This document shows positions 25,480 through 38,085 of a DNA stretch of 60,945 nt, piece after piece. The stretch is taken from assembly GCF_001194135.2 (NCBI RefSeq), contig NC_068991.1:25360491-25421435 (forward strand), in the 5' to 3' direction. This DNA comes from Octopus bimaculoides. Its lineage: Eukaryota. Under the pieces are notes generated by a model, which made no database searches, was not told the DNA's origin, and saw only the letters and a program-made list of their open reading frames with translations. The number at the start of each line of letters is the position of its first letter. The first letter of the stretch is position 1. Both the position numbers and the translations under genes were made by a program.

Positions 25480-26260
25480 AGCCGCACCTAAAGAGGACCA
25501 TAAAGAGAAAAATAATCTGCTTTAACCCTCTATTTAACTTAAAAGTTTCCACCAACGTAGCCACGAATTTCCAGTCATTGGTAAAGAAGTATTTCTCCAG
25601 GTGCCATAATCACTATAAGCTCTAAAACCCACATAACCTCAAAGTGAGCTATTCCTGCTTAGATAATAATACTGCTAACATTGCACCCTAAAACTGATAA
25701 GAACATGCACTTGCACAATCGCCAACCCTTGTAATTGTCGAAATCCCACCAGATTCCTTCTAGGGGGATCCTGTCTCTGAAGAGCTGTAGACTACAGAAG
25801 TACCCTCACACTATCCGAGGGCATTACAAGGCACAACACGGGCATGACGGCCAATGCCTTCAAGAGAAGGAACAGGCGGCATATGTGTGTGTGTGTGTGT
25901 GTGTGGCATATGCACTCGATTGTATGCAGGAATAGACACATTTTCACCTTGTTATCTCATTTTCTCTGGAGGCTCCGAGACTTTCGAAATGAAAGCCCTA
26001 ACATCGAATGGACTGGACCCTATCCTATTCACTCGGTGCCTGCAAATGTCAACTTAGCTCTGCGAAAGACTGCACGTTTCGTGTCCTCCTGGTGAACTTC
26101 AACCACTGGATGCTGACAACCCAAATATACCAGCTTAATATTGACTTCTCCTCAACACTGGTTGCCCCGCAACCAAGAACAGAGTTCCTAACCAACAATG
26201 CCTGCGCAAACCGCAGATCGGCTTCACAGCCGTATGCCCCTCTCTGTAACCCTACATTCG
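25480..26260 (+). mobile_element. Penelope-like element remnant (RT/EN linker and GIY-YIG endonuclease), Naiad/Chlamys-like
   Basis: KRKIICFNPLFNLKVSTNVATNFQSLVKKYF, HNLKVSYSCLDN, GMTANAFKRR, LSHFLWRLRD and SYSLGACKCQL resemble PLE motifs IIWFNPP, KVSYSC, FKxRYxNH, LSKxIWxLK and CxLC. It is frameshifted and interrupted by (GT)n. Confidence 0.8.
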
Positions 26261-26512
26261 CCATTATAAACATGGAGTTCGCACGCAAACACATATACAT
26301 CTATGTTCACATACGAGTATACACAAGCGCGTACACACACATATTCACGACTATGTACGTATACTTTTACTCCCCTTTCTGTTCACCTGTCTACGCCACC
26401 AACCCTCGATCGAACGTCTATTCCATACTCTCTCTAGCAACGCTGTTGCAACTTCACTACGTTACATTTGTCACGCCTGTGCGCATAAATGTCAAAGCAT
26501 GAATATATATGT

Positions 26513-26555
<43 letters not shown>

Positions 26556-26897
26556 CACACACACACAAACTCACACACACACACACACATGCACGCGCCA
26601 GACTAAAAACAAACTCACGTACGCATACATGCTGTTCGAAACAAATACGCACGCACTCATACACAAAAACAAGGCTACATACTTACGTACACACACCCAT
26701 GCATGTGTCCAAAACACGCGCGCGCGCATACGCGTATTCACCAAGCGTTAACGCGCCCATATTCGCACGCTTATATACATAAACTCATTCAACCAATAAC
26801 GTACTCCACATCCACATACTCACACAACTGGTACACTCACACACAGACACGCACACATAGATATATACACACACATATAGATATACACACATAAACA

Positions 26898-26939
<42 letters not shown>

Positions 26940-27279
26940 GTCTCTGGCTGCCTTTGCTTCTGTCTTGGGAGTAGACATCTAGACGCCACCAGGTTCCTGT
27001 CCAGCCATACTACACAATATATTCCACTTTCTAGTGCATCTGGTGTCGCTGAATGCCCATATCACTTAACAACACCACGTAAGCCGACTTAACTAATAGC
27101 ATCCCATCTTATTTTCCAGCAGCTACGTTGAACTTCCTTTATCTCTCCATTCGGCTATTCGAACCTGGTCGAGGTATGTTTCTGTTAGAAACCTACGAAA
27201 CGTTAAATCACATGGAGCCAAATAAAATCCTTTTAAATAATGATAACAATAACGATATTAGTACTAACAATAATAATAC

Positions 27280-27588
27280 TCAATACCACAGATTTGCTTC
27301 TCTGTTGTTGGAACATGTCTCTTACTGAGCGTGCCCTTTAGTGTCTGGCGATATGTTCATCTCTGAAGCATGATCAGAAGTTGTGGGGGAACATCATAGC
27401 CATGCAGTGAGAGGAATTCTTCGCTGCTGGAATAATTCATCTCTGGAAACATGGGTGTTTCATTGACCGTCAGTAAACAAACTTTATTCAGAGACCTTTT
27501 GAGCGGAATTGGCTACTCAACTTGAAGAAAATTCTAACTCGGTCCTAACTGCAAGGTCATGCGCTGTTTTTTCTTGATATGAAATCAC
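27280..27588 (+). mobile_element. Partial second copy of the 520-bp TAA-associated repeat
   Basis: Aligns to ~2330-2635. It starts right after an AAT-rich tract. Confidence 0.75.
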
Positions 27589-27590
27589 AG

Positions 27591-27743
27591 TATTTACATT
27601 ATTTGCATTTGACGGATATTTGTCCTCATCTTGTTCGTTGTTAACACAACGTTTCACCTGACATGCCCTCTAGCTTTCATCAAGTGTCTTGGGGAAATTT
27701 CGAACCGAGGTTCTCATACCTAAGGTATTTTTCGATGTTGTTG

Positions 27744-27798
<55 letters not shown>

Positions 27799-27876
27799 GG
27801 TCACTGCTTGGAATCGAACTCGGAATCTTGGGGTTAGTATCCCGCGATCTTTACCACTACGCCATATGCCCGTGGG
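27591..27876 (-). mobile_element. Solo tRNA-like head + (AAT)n + hammerhead unit (family A)
   Basis: Minus strand: cccacgggcata TGGCGTAGTGG (A box)...GAGTTCGATTCC (B box), then (AAT)n, then an HHR. Homologous to 57793-58010. Confidence 0.85.
27644..27690 (-). ncRNA. Degenerate minimal hammerhead (C3 reads T, helix II damaged)
   Basis: The minus strand reads AAGACAC TTGATGA AAGCTAGAGGGCATGTCAGGT GAAA CG T T GTGTT. Confidence 0.55.
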
Positions 27877-28950
27877 CATTCATTGTGACTCCGTTTTTGA
27901 GGTTTATTTTTACAGTTGGTTGACCTCTCACGAACGTTTTTACTTGCCCCTTACAACATGAAGTAATAAGGTTTCCTGTCAAAATTCCTTCTATATGAAG
28001 CAAAAAATCACTAATCACTAAGTCTAAATTTATTCATACATGAAAATAAATACAGCAGTTGCTGATAACAGCTTTCCTGCATATTTTACACCATTCCCTC
28101 TATATTTACATTCTTGAGATAACTTACCTATATGATATTCTTAATATAAATAAGTTCTTACGGATTCTGAATTTATTTTCCAAGAAGTTCCATCTGACAA
28201 TGCGTCTTGACACTGATATTGTTATATTTGTAAGGAGTCATAATTAATATTGGCTATAAACGCACTCACTAGTTGTTTGTGTATATTTCACACCAATCTG
28301 CAGTCTTATCAACTACATCGTGAAAAATATTTTTGGCGAACATAGTCAAACATCTACAACTCTCAAAAAACGAAAGGAAATGGAATTTAGACAATCAACG
28401 AATAGTGAGTGTGCTTATAGGCATCAGAAACTGTGATTTCTCTCGAATTTTGTCAATATTTTGCCAAAAATTCATGTACGTTGTATGTAGAGTATTATTG
28501 GAAAGAAGGGCATCCACTCATAGAAACCATACCACAGCAGAGAGTAGAGCTTGGCACAGTCGTCTGGCTTGCCCGCTCCTATCAAACAATCCAACCCATT
28601 CCAGCATGGAAAGCAGATGTTCAATGACGATGGTGATGAAGACGAGGAGAAAAAAGATGGTGTATTTCTTAGATATTACAAACATATAGATATAAGAGAC
28701 CCCCCTCGCACACACACATATGTATTATTATCTTTGAAATTTTACTTTACAATAGCTTAAGAGTCAGAGGTTTGTATGGTCAAGTTCACTTTCTGCTGCC
28801 AAATGCCAAGTCAAGTAATAAATCTCCCAGTCTCTCGTTAAAAAGCAGACCTAACAAGGTTATATGGAGAACTGGAAACCGAAGAAACCACTTCAAAGAG
28901 CCCTTACGAAGGTCTCTCACTCAATAATAGTAATTATAATGATGATGATG

Positions 28951-29008
<58 letters not shown>

Positions 29009-29020
29009 TAATGATAAATT

Positions 29021-29511
29021 ACCTCCCTTGCAAATGCTATACAGGCACAACCTGTGTGTAGACAGCCAACTGGAAAGGATGTTTTCCTGGGACTAAAACA
29101 ACAGTAATATCACCCTTTATAGGACTGCCACATTCTGTTGGCAAATAAACTTTACTATTTGGTACAGTTACTGTAGATCTCTCGCTCAGAGATCTAAAAC
29201 AAATTGTTTTCTCTATACGGGATCAGCGACTGTGCGTCGTTTAAAGAATATATAGTATTTGTGAGTGGAGAGAGCTTTCGTCGCTAGCTTGCGGTTTTCT
29301 TACACAGAAGACGGGCAGCCACTCCAAAACCTAGGTCTGTGAGTATCACAGAGATGGGAGCGATGGGAGCGATGACCTCCCTTGCAATTGCTATACGGAC
29401 AGAGGTTGTGTGTCGATAGCCAGCTGTGAATTATGTTACCCTAGGTTTAAAACAACAGTAACATCGTCCTCTATAAGACTGTCACATTCTGTTTGCATAT
29501 AAACATTACTA
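29021..29511 (+). repeat. Pair of ~137-bp gapless direct repeats (29021-29157 and 29375-29511) around a ~215-bp spacer; possible TRIM
   Basis: About 28 mismatches and no indels by manual alignment. TGG follows the first unit, and a purine-rich tract plus TG precedes the second. Confidence 0.6.
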
Positions 29512-29668
29512 TATATATATATATATATATATACAGATATAGGGCAGGGAAAGATTGTAGAAAAAATTGTAGTTTAGAATTAGTAGTTCTTTGACTGCTA
29601 TTTCTAAATTTTCAGTATGTTGCTGAAGCAATCTCATGCTGATCCCTATATATATATATATATATAAT

Positions 29669-29925
29669 CTGTTAAAGACTGTCATACCGGCCATGACGAA
29701 GGGAAATAGCCCTGAAACTCGAGTCGCCTTTATATATTTATATTTATATATTATATATTTGATCCTTTATATTGAACACTCAATATTTCATCTACATTCA
29801 ATACTTTCTTTCATGGTGCCATCCATTTTTATTTTATTTTATTTTATATTATATATTGTATATTATATTATATATTGTATATTCCATATTCCATACCCCA
29901 CATTGGTTTTGCAGGAATATAAATA
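29669..29925 (+). mobile_element. HHR-bearing repeat, family B, copy 2
   Basis: Colinear with 19890-20136 (-). It begins at a (TA)n tract. Confidence 0.75.
29689..29728 (+). ncRNA. Minimal type-I hammerhead motif with palindromic helix III
   Basis: GGC CATGACGA AGGG AAATAG CCCT GAAA CTCGAG T C GCC: helix I GGC/GCC, helix II AGGG/CCCT, palindrome ACTCGAGT, cleavage triplet GUC. There is one extra A in the CUGANGA box. Confidence 0.65.
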
Positions 29926-29953
29926 AAACATAAAAAACAGACANNNNNNNNNN

Positions 29954-29985
<32 letters not shown>

Positions 29986-30499
29986 TATACACACATTTAT
30001 ATGTATATATATACACATATACACATATATATATGTTTATATACATACACATGTACTTGTGGTGTATTAATTTTGCTGAATCGTAGCACGAAGGCGTGAA
30101 AAAGATGTAAGTATATATTAAAAAAAGGGTCAAAAGTTTAAAAATACTTCAGAAGTACTGATATGTACTAATAAACATCTTAATGTGCAGAATATATTTA
30201 GAAACCTCAGAGTTTTATGGAACACCTTTCAGTTTAAAGAAGAGTCTCTGAACTAGACATTTACAAATGATTATAATTTACTGCTTTGTATCTTCTCAAT
30301 TAATCTTCCTTTCTCCATCCCCTCCGACACATACAAACACAGACACTCAAACTATTTTCTTTTCTATTTCTATCGCTATTTATCTTTCGCCATTTGTTTA
30401 ATCTCTTTTTCCCCTGTGCCTCTTCATTGTTTTAAGTATCCCCTCGTCGATATTCGCTCCAGTGCACTTTCCTTCTCAGCCCACTCTATCTCTCTGTCT

Positions 30500-30516
30500 G
30501 TCTGTATGTCTGTCTG

Positions 30517-30579
<63 letters not shown>

Positions 30580-30780
30580 ATCTATCTATCAATCTATCTT
30601 GCTACCTATCTACATATTTTCCTACCTAATTATGTATATATTTATCTACCCACCTATGCCTGTATCTATCTATCTAGCTACTTATGTATGTGTCTAACTA
30701 CCTACCTGCCTACCTACCTACCTACCTACCTACCTACCTACCTACCTACCTACCTACCTACCTACCTAATTACCTTCCTA
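30500..30780. repeat. Compound (CT)n / (CTAT)n / (CCTA)n microsatellite
   Basis: Seen directly. Confidence 0.9.
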
Positions 30781-31504
30781 CATATCTACATATCTATCTT
30801 ATCTGTTTATCCAGCCATTGTTTTTACAATGATTTCTTTTCATTAATCTTGTCTCACTGTCTCTGGAAACGTCTGCCTGTCAGTCTGCTTTATTCCTGCC
30901 CCACCCACCCACCAGCGTTAACTCGCTAGTTCAATAAAATATACCATCAGTATTTATCCATCTATTTACCTTCTAGCTAGTTCATTATTACCTTTATATA
31001 TATTCTCATTTTGCTTGTTATACCTCCAAGGTCCATATAATAAATACTAGCCATGTACAACAATCACTTTAATCGACTAAACATTTCCTCTAATAATTAT
31101 TGGTCTTGTACGACTGTCAGAAATCAATACCAGCATCTCACAAAGAATTTGGGTCTTTGAAGTTTCTTGTGCCACATTCCTGGTGATATATTTAGCTAAA
31201 GCTTCCCAGCCTGTGTATTTTTCACTATATTTCCGAAATCATCTGGCTAGCAGTTATTGATACGTGGAAGTTTTGAATACAAAAAAAAGAAGAAAAAACA
31301 AAAACAAATTGACGTGATAGCTTTAAGTGAGTGACTGTAACTTGATGCTAAATAGATCTATTGGATTTTGTTCGTAACTACTATTCGATTTTCTAGCCAA
31401 TGCTTATAACTTTCGCAGATATATATCTGTGAATGAGACACACACATTCATCCATCTATCGACCCATCCATCCATAGATATATTCATTCACCCACGTACC
31501 CCCA

Positions 31505-31535
<31 letters not shown>

Positions 31536-31642
31536 GTATTTATATATATATGTATATATGAATGTATGTATGTATGTATGTATGTATATATATGTGTATA
31601 TGTGTGGGTGTATGTGTGCATATATATATGTATATGTGTGTG

Positions 31643-31799
<157 letters not shown>

Positions 31800-31854
31800 A
31801 TATATATATATACACTTTTCATTAAAGCTGAAAACAACGTTCGAAAATTTTGGT

Positions 31855-32015
31855 GGGCTTATATACAGTTTCCGTCTGTCAAGTTTCACTTGCATAATCA
31901 TATTGGTAAACCAGCGTCGTATTAAATGACACTTGCTCAAGATACTGTTAGAAGTATCAAAGCTGGAATCAGGTTGTTCTAATTAACTGATTAAACACAC
32001 AGCCACGCCTACACC
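31855..32015 (-). mobile_element. Highly degenerate tRNA-derived SINE
   Basis: gggctt...cagtttccgtct, gacacttgctcaagat and acacagccacgcct match 20232-20370. Confidence 0.5.
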
Positions 32016-32549
32016 CCATACAGCGAAGATATTGCGAAGGAAATATGAATTATATTAACGCTTTCAGCCAACCCAGTGTATATTCAAATATATTTTGCAA
32101 GTAAATACATTCTGTCAAATTAGTAGGTTACGAATGAAACAGAAAAAGTTTTTCGTTCAAATGAATTTGTCTACGAATTCCTGACAATTCGTTTTCGTAA
32201 AATTATCCTCCTTGCACTATCGGGCAACAAATATTCACGAATGCATATGAAAATTGTCCCGGACGTGAGAGCAAAAAATGTTAATTGTGTACTTGCCTAT
32301 CGAAAGTTAACATTTTCCCTGCTGAAAGATTTCTGATTATACCATATGGAAGTCTGAACCAGTTTTTAAAAACCATAGAGGAAATTGGCCGTCATGTATG
32401 AACGTTTCGGTATCAGATATTAAGAGTGTTCGTACACCTGACGAGTAAAGGTTTATATGACAAAAGGAAATTCAGAAATTAAGCTTACACTGAAAACTAA
32501 ATGCACAAAATTCAGATACAGAAAAATAATATGGTACAATTTTACATAC

Positions 32550-33712
32550 AGCATAAACGTATCTATAAATTTTGTACTGACATCGCATGCCCTACTATCT
32601 CATATATAATAACATCTTGTATAATATTTAAATTTCCCGAACAGACCAGTATTGTTATGCAAAGGAAAATATATAACTTCAAACATCGCAGGTGGCAACA
32701 ACCATGGACAGTCAATAATTTTCAGCGATATGCACTGAAAAGCTTTATTCTCGCCTGTGTAAAAAGACATTCTAATGTTATACAGAAAACAGTGTCAAAT
32801 TGGTTTACAAAATTTCGTGTTGATAACTTTGACCTCACAAATGAGCCATGCGGTCGAATAAGAAATAAAGGTGGATAATGACGAACTAAAAGCTACCATC
32901 GAGTTAGATCCATCTCAAAGTGCCCGTGAATTGTCATTGTTTTTTGGTGTTAGCAAGCAAACAATATTGACTCACCTAGTCTAATCGGTAAAGTGAAAAA
33001 GTTGGACAAGTACTTTCCACATGAACTCAATGAAAATCAGAAACAGCAACGTTTGGAAGGCTGCATTATGCTACTTTCTCGTCCCCAAAATTAGTCATTT
33101 TGAATCGAATTGTAACATGTGATGAGAAATGGATGCAATACAACAACTGTAAACGTTCAGTACAATAATTGGACAAAGACGAGCCACCAAAACACAGTCC
33201 AAAAAGTAAAAGTCATCAAAAGAAGCTAATAATGTGTGTTTGGTGGTCTGGCGAAGATGTGATCCATTATTTCATTAAACCTGGCTCATCAATCACGGCC
33301 GAAGTAAACTGCAGCTAACTGGACCAAATAATGCATAAACTTACAAAAACAGCCTAGATTAGTCAACAGATCCACTCCTAATTTATTGCAAGACAACGCC
33401 AGACCACACATCACTAAAATGACATTGGCGAGTTGGAGTTGGAAGTTATCCATCATCCACCATACTCCTCTGATCTTGCCTCCACTGACTACCACTTCGA
33501 GAATTTGGATATCTTTTTGATAGGAAAAAATTTTTTAATTCCGACGATGCTGTAAAACAGGCCTTCCAAGATTGCCAGGCTTCTACAATTCCGGGGTGGA
33601 CAAGCTACATGCTGAAATGGCAAACGTTTGATGAATAAAACTATTTCTTGTATTTATAAAACATGAGCAATTTTTTTTCTTTTTTACAAAATTCATACTT
33701 GACGACCTAATA
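32550..33712 (+). mobile_element. Mariner (DD34D) DNA transposon, transposase pseudogene
   Basis: TVSNWFTKFR...DLTNEP, PHELNENQK, RIVTCDEKW, KKLIMCVWW, LLQDNARPH, HPPYSSDLASTDYHF. The 3' TIR ends gacgacctaa followed by TA. The 5' TIR is degenerate, so the start is approximate. Multiple stops and frameshifts. Confidence 0.92.
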
Positions 33713-33876
33713 GTATACTACTGGAGTCGCTTTGTCTTCACTTTCTCACTCTCTCTCTCTCTCTCTCTCTCGCTCTCTCTCTCGATCTCATCTCTAAACG
33801 ATATCAACTGTCACACCACAGTTTTAAAATGGCCAGTATGCACAGGATATTACGACTGCCCCTGTGCGATTCCATC

Positions 33877-33920
<44 letters not shown>

Positions 33921-36900
33921 ATATGTGTGCATGCGTGCTGGTGTGCACACTCATAGGTGTGTGTGTGTATTTGGATCTGATTCTTAAACAGGCAGTAACA
34001 GTCATGTCTCAGCACTACTTATATTTATGGAGCCAGTTACAAACCTACATACATTCACTCACACGCAACACACAAGTTTATATATATATATATATATATA
34101 CATATACATACACAAATCTCAGTTATACCGTTTCACATGAGGGAAAAATGCTGCAAGCATTTCTCCAATCATAGAAATTCCCTAAGACAAAAACAACAAC
34201 AACGACTACAACAATAGCAACAACTACAACGACGACGACGACAACAACAACAACAAAAGGAGATTAACGAGTACATAGTATTTGCTATTATCCATTCAGG
34301 TTGACAAATCGAAAGTTTGCTGGTAAAGAAAATGCAATAGGACACTATTGAGATTAAGAAAAGATTGGTAAATTGAATTGAAAAGAAGCAGGAAGTGATA
34401 TGAATATATCCTCATATATCAGACTTTAAAGTTCATATAGGTTAAAGTGGCGAAATAAAGAATAATTAGCGTAAAAGATAATATTCTATATATTTTCTGT
34501 CGATATTTGACCGGTCTAAGCAAGATGAAATGTAATGACAGTTACTTTAGACAGAAGATCTTTTCATAGAAAAGACACCACCATTATCATTTCACTCTTA
34601 AGTATATTGAAAAATAGGTTTAATGTAAAATATTGCTGTGTGGGTATGGGTGTGTGTGTGTATGTGTATGTGTGTATTTGCGTAGGCATATGTGCGTCAG
34701 TGTACGGCGTGGTAAGGTGTATGTATGTTTATTTAAAGGGTCTTTCACTGAGGCATTTTGCTAGACTTAAAGAATTTACAAGTTAGCGTAATTATTGCTA
34801 ATTTGGAATAGTAATGTAAGAATAGCATTGACGTGTAGAACGTTCTTGAGACAGTTCGACATTTAAATATAAATACTAGCAAGAAAGGATTGATAGTAAG
34901 TTTATCCATACACGATATCCCATTTTGTTAAATAGAATAGTGCCTAATACAGATGGGATATAAGTGGGTTTGTGGGACCCGAAATACGGAACCTCAGGTC
35001 GATCTCTTAAGCTGTCTGATTCACATACAAAGTCAATACCCCATAAAAATAATAATAATAATAAAAATGATGTAAGTGTGCACGATCAGATTTAACATGT
35101 TCCTGTACGTGTTAAATATGATTGTGTACCAATATATTTCGTTCAACACTGCATTGTGTGCCTCTAATTAATTTCAGCTTGACAAAGCTCTGCGCACAAC
35201 AGCAAATGTACCGTTTGCTGTTGTAATATAAGAACATGTTCTTAGTGGCTGTGAACGACGACTCGGTATTCTGATCTGGTGATGTATAACGACGCAGATT
35301 TGCATGCTTCCTACGGTCCAATGACATCATTCATACCCTGATGGTATGTTTTCTAAGGCATATCATCTATACTATACAGTAAATTTTCTCTCTCGAGTCT
35401 ACACAAACATATACACTCGATTGTACAAATATGATTGTACTACTCTCCCAGATAGCAGTGTTAAACCGTTACTATACCTGCTAGAAGGAACAACAAATTT
35501 TTCCTGAAATATCACTGTGACAAAAGAAGAACGATATTCGACAGTATAATTCTAGATAGACTTTTCCTGTGAATAAAGGTTTATTCATGCACGCAATGTA
35601 TAAAAGTATGATCATGACTGGTATTGGACAAATGTCCAGCGAGAACTACCTTATTTCTAGTGTGTGTATATTGCATGGTTTCATGCTTGCATGAACGCCT
35701 GTATTTTATTTTGTGTTTACATGTGTAAGGAGTAGACAATATTCTCACCTGCACATTCCAACAGAATCACTGTACAAATTACAAAGTAACAGAAATTCTG
35801 GTCCTGATGTAATTATGGTAGCTATGAAAACATACATTAAAAAATTGCAAATTTAGAACTGTACCTAAGATATTTTGATATACATTGGCTCCGAATTAGC
35901 ATCTGTAAAATCTTTCAAACCGTAAAACCCAATGAGAAAGAAAAATGATGAGTTTTCGTTAGAATTTCTTAGAAAACGTCGACTTTAATTCTCACTGAAA
36001 TGATATATAAGCAAGTTATGTTTGTTTTATATTCCTACGAAACAATGCAAATAGAATGTTGTTACTTGAACATAGTGTATGTAGCAAAGTTTTAGATATC
36101 GCTTGGCTTCAGTTATATATTGTATGTGTATGTGTGTGTGTGTATGCACATTCAAATTTCATTCATAAATGATAGAAAGAGCAAACAACATATTGGAATG
36201 CAGTATAACGGTTTCAGTTATTAATATGTATACAGTATATTCCACTTATCAACCTTCGTACATGAGCACATTCTGTAACAGCAGTTATTCACTCACCAAC
36301 CTAATAAACAGTACGGATATTATGCACAATGACAGTCGCTACATACAATACATAGGAACAGTACCTACCCACCCATCTACCTACCTACCTACCTACCTAC
36401 CTACCTACCTACCTACCTACCTACCTGCCTACCTACCTACCTACCTACATATACATACAAGCATATATGTAACGCACGCACACGCACACAGATATATACA
36501 CACAGAACGCTTTATGCAGAACGGCAAATACTATACAGATAAACCCATATGTACACATACATACATATGCATACATATACATCTAAAACACATGCACATA
36601 ATATGTATGTGTGTCTATCTATCTGGCTGTCTGTCTGTATGTATGTATGTGTGTATGCATGTATGAATGTATGCATGTATCTATGTATGTATGTATGTAT
36701 GTATGTAAGTGTGTGTGTGTGTGTGTGTGTGTGTATGTATATGGTGTATCTGTGTCTGCGTGCGTATATTTACACGCACATAGAATCGTCGAAACTCCAA
36801 AGTTCGATTTTGGAAGATTCAGCTTCAAAGAGACATCTACACAGGTTCTCGCGCGCAAACACACATATACACACACACACACATGCACATATATGTACAC

Positions 36901-36987
36901 ACAAACACACATACACACATGCAAACTCATGGAAACACATAGATGAAACTGTGCATATGCAGATGTATGCAGATGAGAAGAAGCATT

Positions 36988-37257
36988 AATATGCAGTAGA
37001 CATCGCCTCCGAACAACAAGTATGAGGTCATCTACGGTCTCACTGGGCCACGTAATTACACCTTTATTGTATACCTTTATTGTCGTCACTAGAGATTTTC
37101 TTATTTATTAGGCAAGATGGCTGCTCGAATGTGGAGAGGAGCGTAACTTGAATATAGCTAATGATACTATTTTGCAAGGAATAGCGGAGTCAAATGGTCT
37201 CAGATGCAATCTATTCTGCATTAGATGTTATCAATCGGTATACTGCATATATATATA

Positions 37258-37290
<33 letters not shown>

Positions 37291-37618
37291 NNNNNNNNNN
37301 NNNNNNNNNNNNNNNNNNNNNNNNNNNNNNNNNNNNNNNNNNNNNNAATATGCAGTAGACATCGCCTCCGAACAACAAGTATGAGGTCATCTACGGTCTC
37401 ACTGGGCCACGTAATTACACCTTTATTGTATACCTTTATTGTCGTCACTAGAGATTTTCTTATTTATTAGGCAAGATGGCTGCTCGAATGTGGAGAGGAG
37501 CGTAACTTGAATATAGCTAATGATACTATTTTGCAAGGAATAGCGGAGTCAAATGGTCTCAGATGCAATCTATTCTGCATTAGATGTTATCAATCGGTAT
37601 ACTGCATATATATATATA
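36988..37618 (+). repeat. Exact ~270-bp direct duplication (36988-37259 and 37347-37618) flanking an N gap
   Basis: The two copies read identically; likely an assembly overlap. Confidence 0.85.
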
Positions 37619-38085
37619 TTAATATATTGATACGAAAAAAAAAACTATACTGCATGTCAGCAAAGGTATGCGTATAGCAAACTGTTGTGCATAACATCCG
37701 CAGTGTATTTTGCTGTTTAGTGGATAAATGCTTTTACAGAATTTGCATTTTAGGTAGGTAAGATAAATTTCTAAGATAATAATGGCGTAAGAAAGATGAA
37801 CAATTATTCATCTCTTGTCTGTTACTGTTCCATATGAAAAGAAATCACTGGCATACGATCGGTTCCTTAGCAGGACAGGACACCAAAACCTGTCAACTTA
37901 CAGGTTTAATTTTAGTTGTATAGCTGTATAGTGGCTTGGATGTGTCACAGTCGGTTTAGAAGTCAAGCTGTTAAATCCTAATAACCTAATACGTGCATTC
38001 ATTTAATTAACGCTAATATGCATATGTATGTATGTATGTATGTATGCATGTATGTATGCATGTATGTATGTATGTATGTATGTAT

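Noticed and set aside
28304-28404. Plus-strand 101-nt open segment with good splice sites (LINYIVKNIFGEHSQ...)
   Set aside because: No homology recognised and no compatible partner exons. It remains untested, not disproved.
29021-29157. Repeat unit as an H/ACA snoRNA (ANANNA and ACA motifs present), or the upstream GGGAG/CTCCC as an HDV-like ribozyme
   Set aside because: The distance from the H box to ACA is too short for a 3' hairpin, and the HDV double-pseudoknot could not be assembled.
35178-35343. Exon-like, GC-richer segment with an acceptor and a GTATGT donor
   Set aside because: All plus-strand frames have stops, and the CUB-like impressions on the minus strand are too weak.
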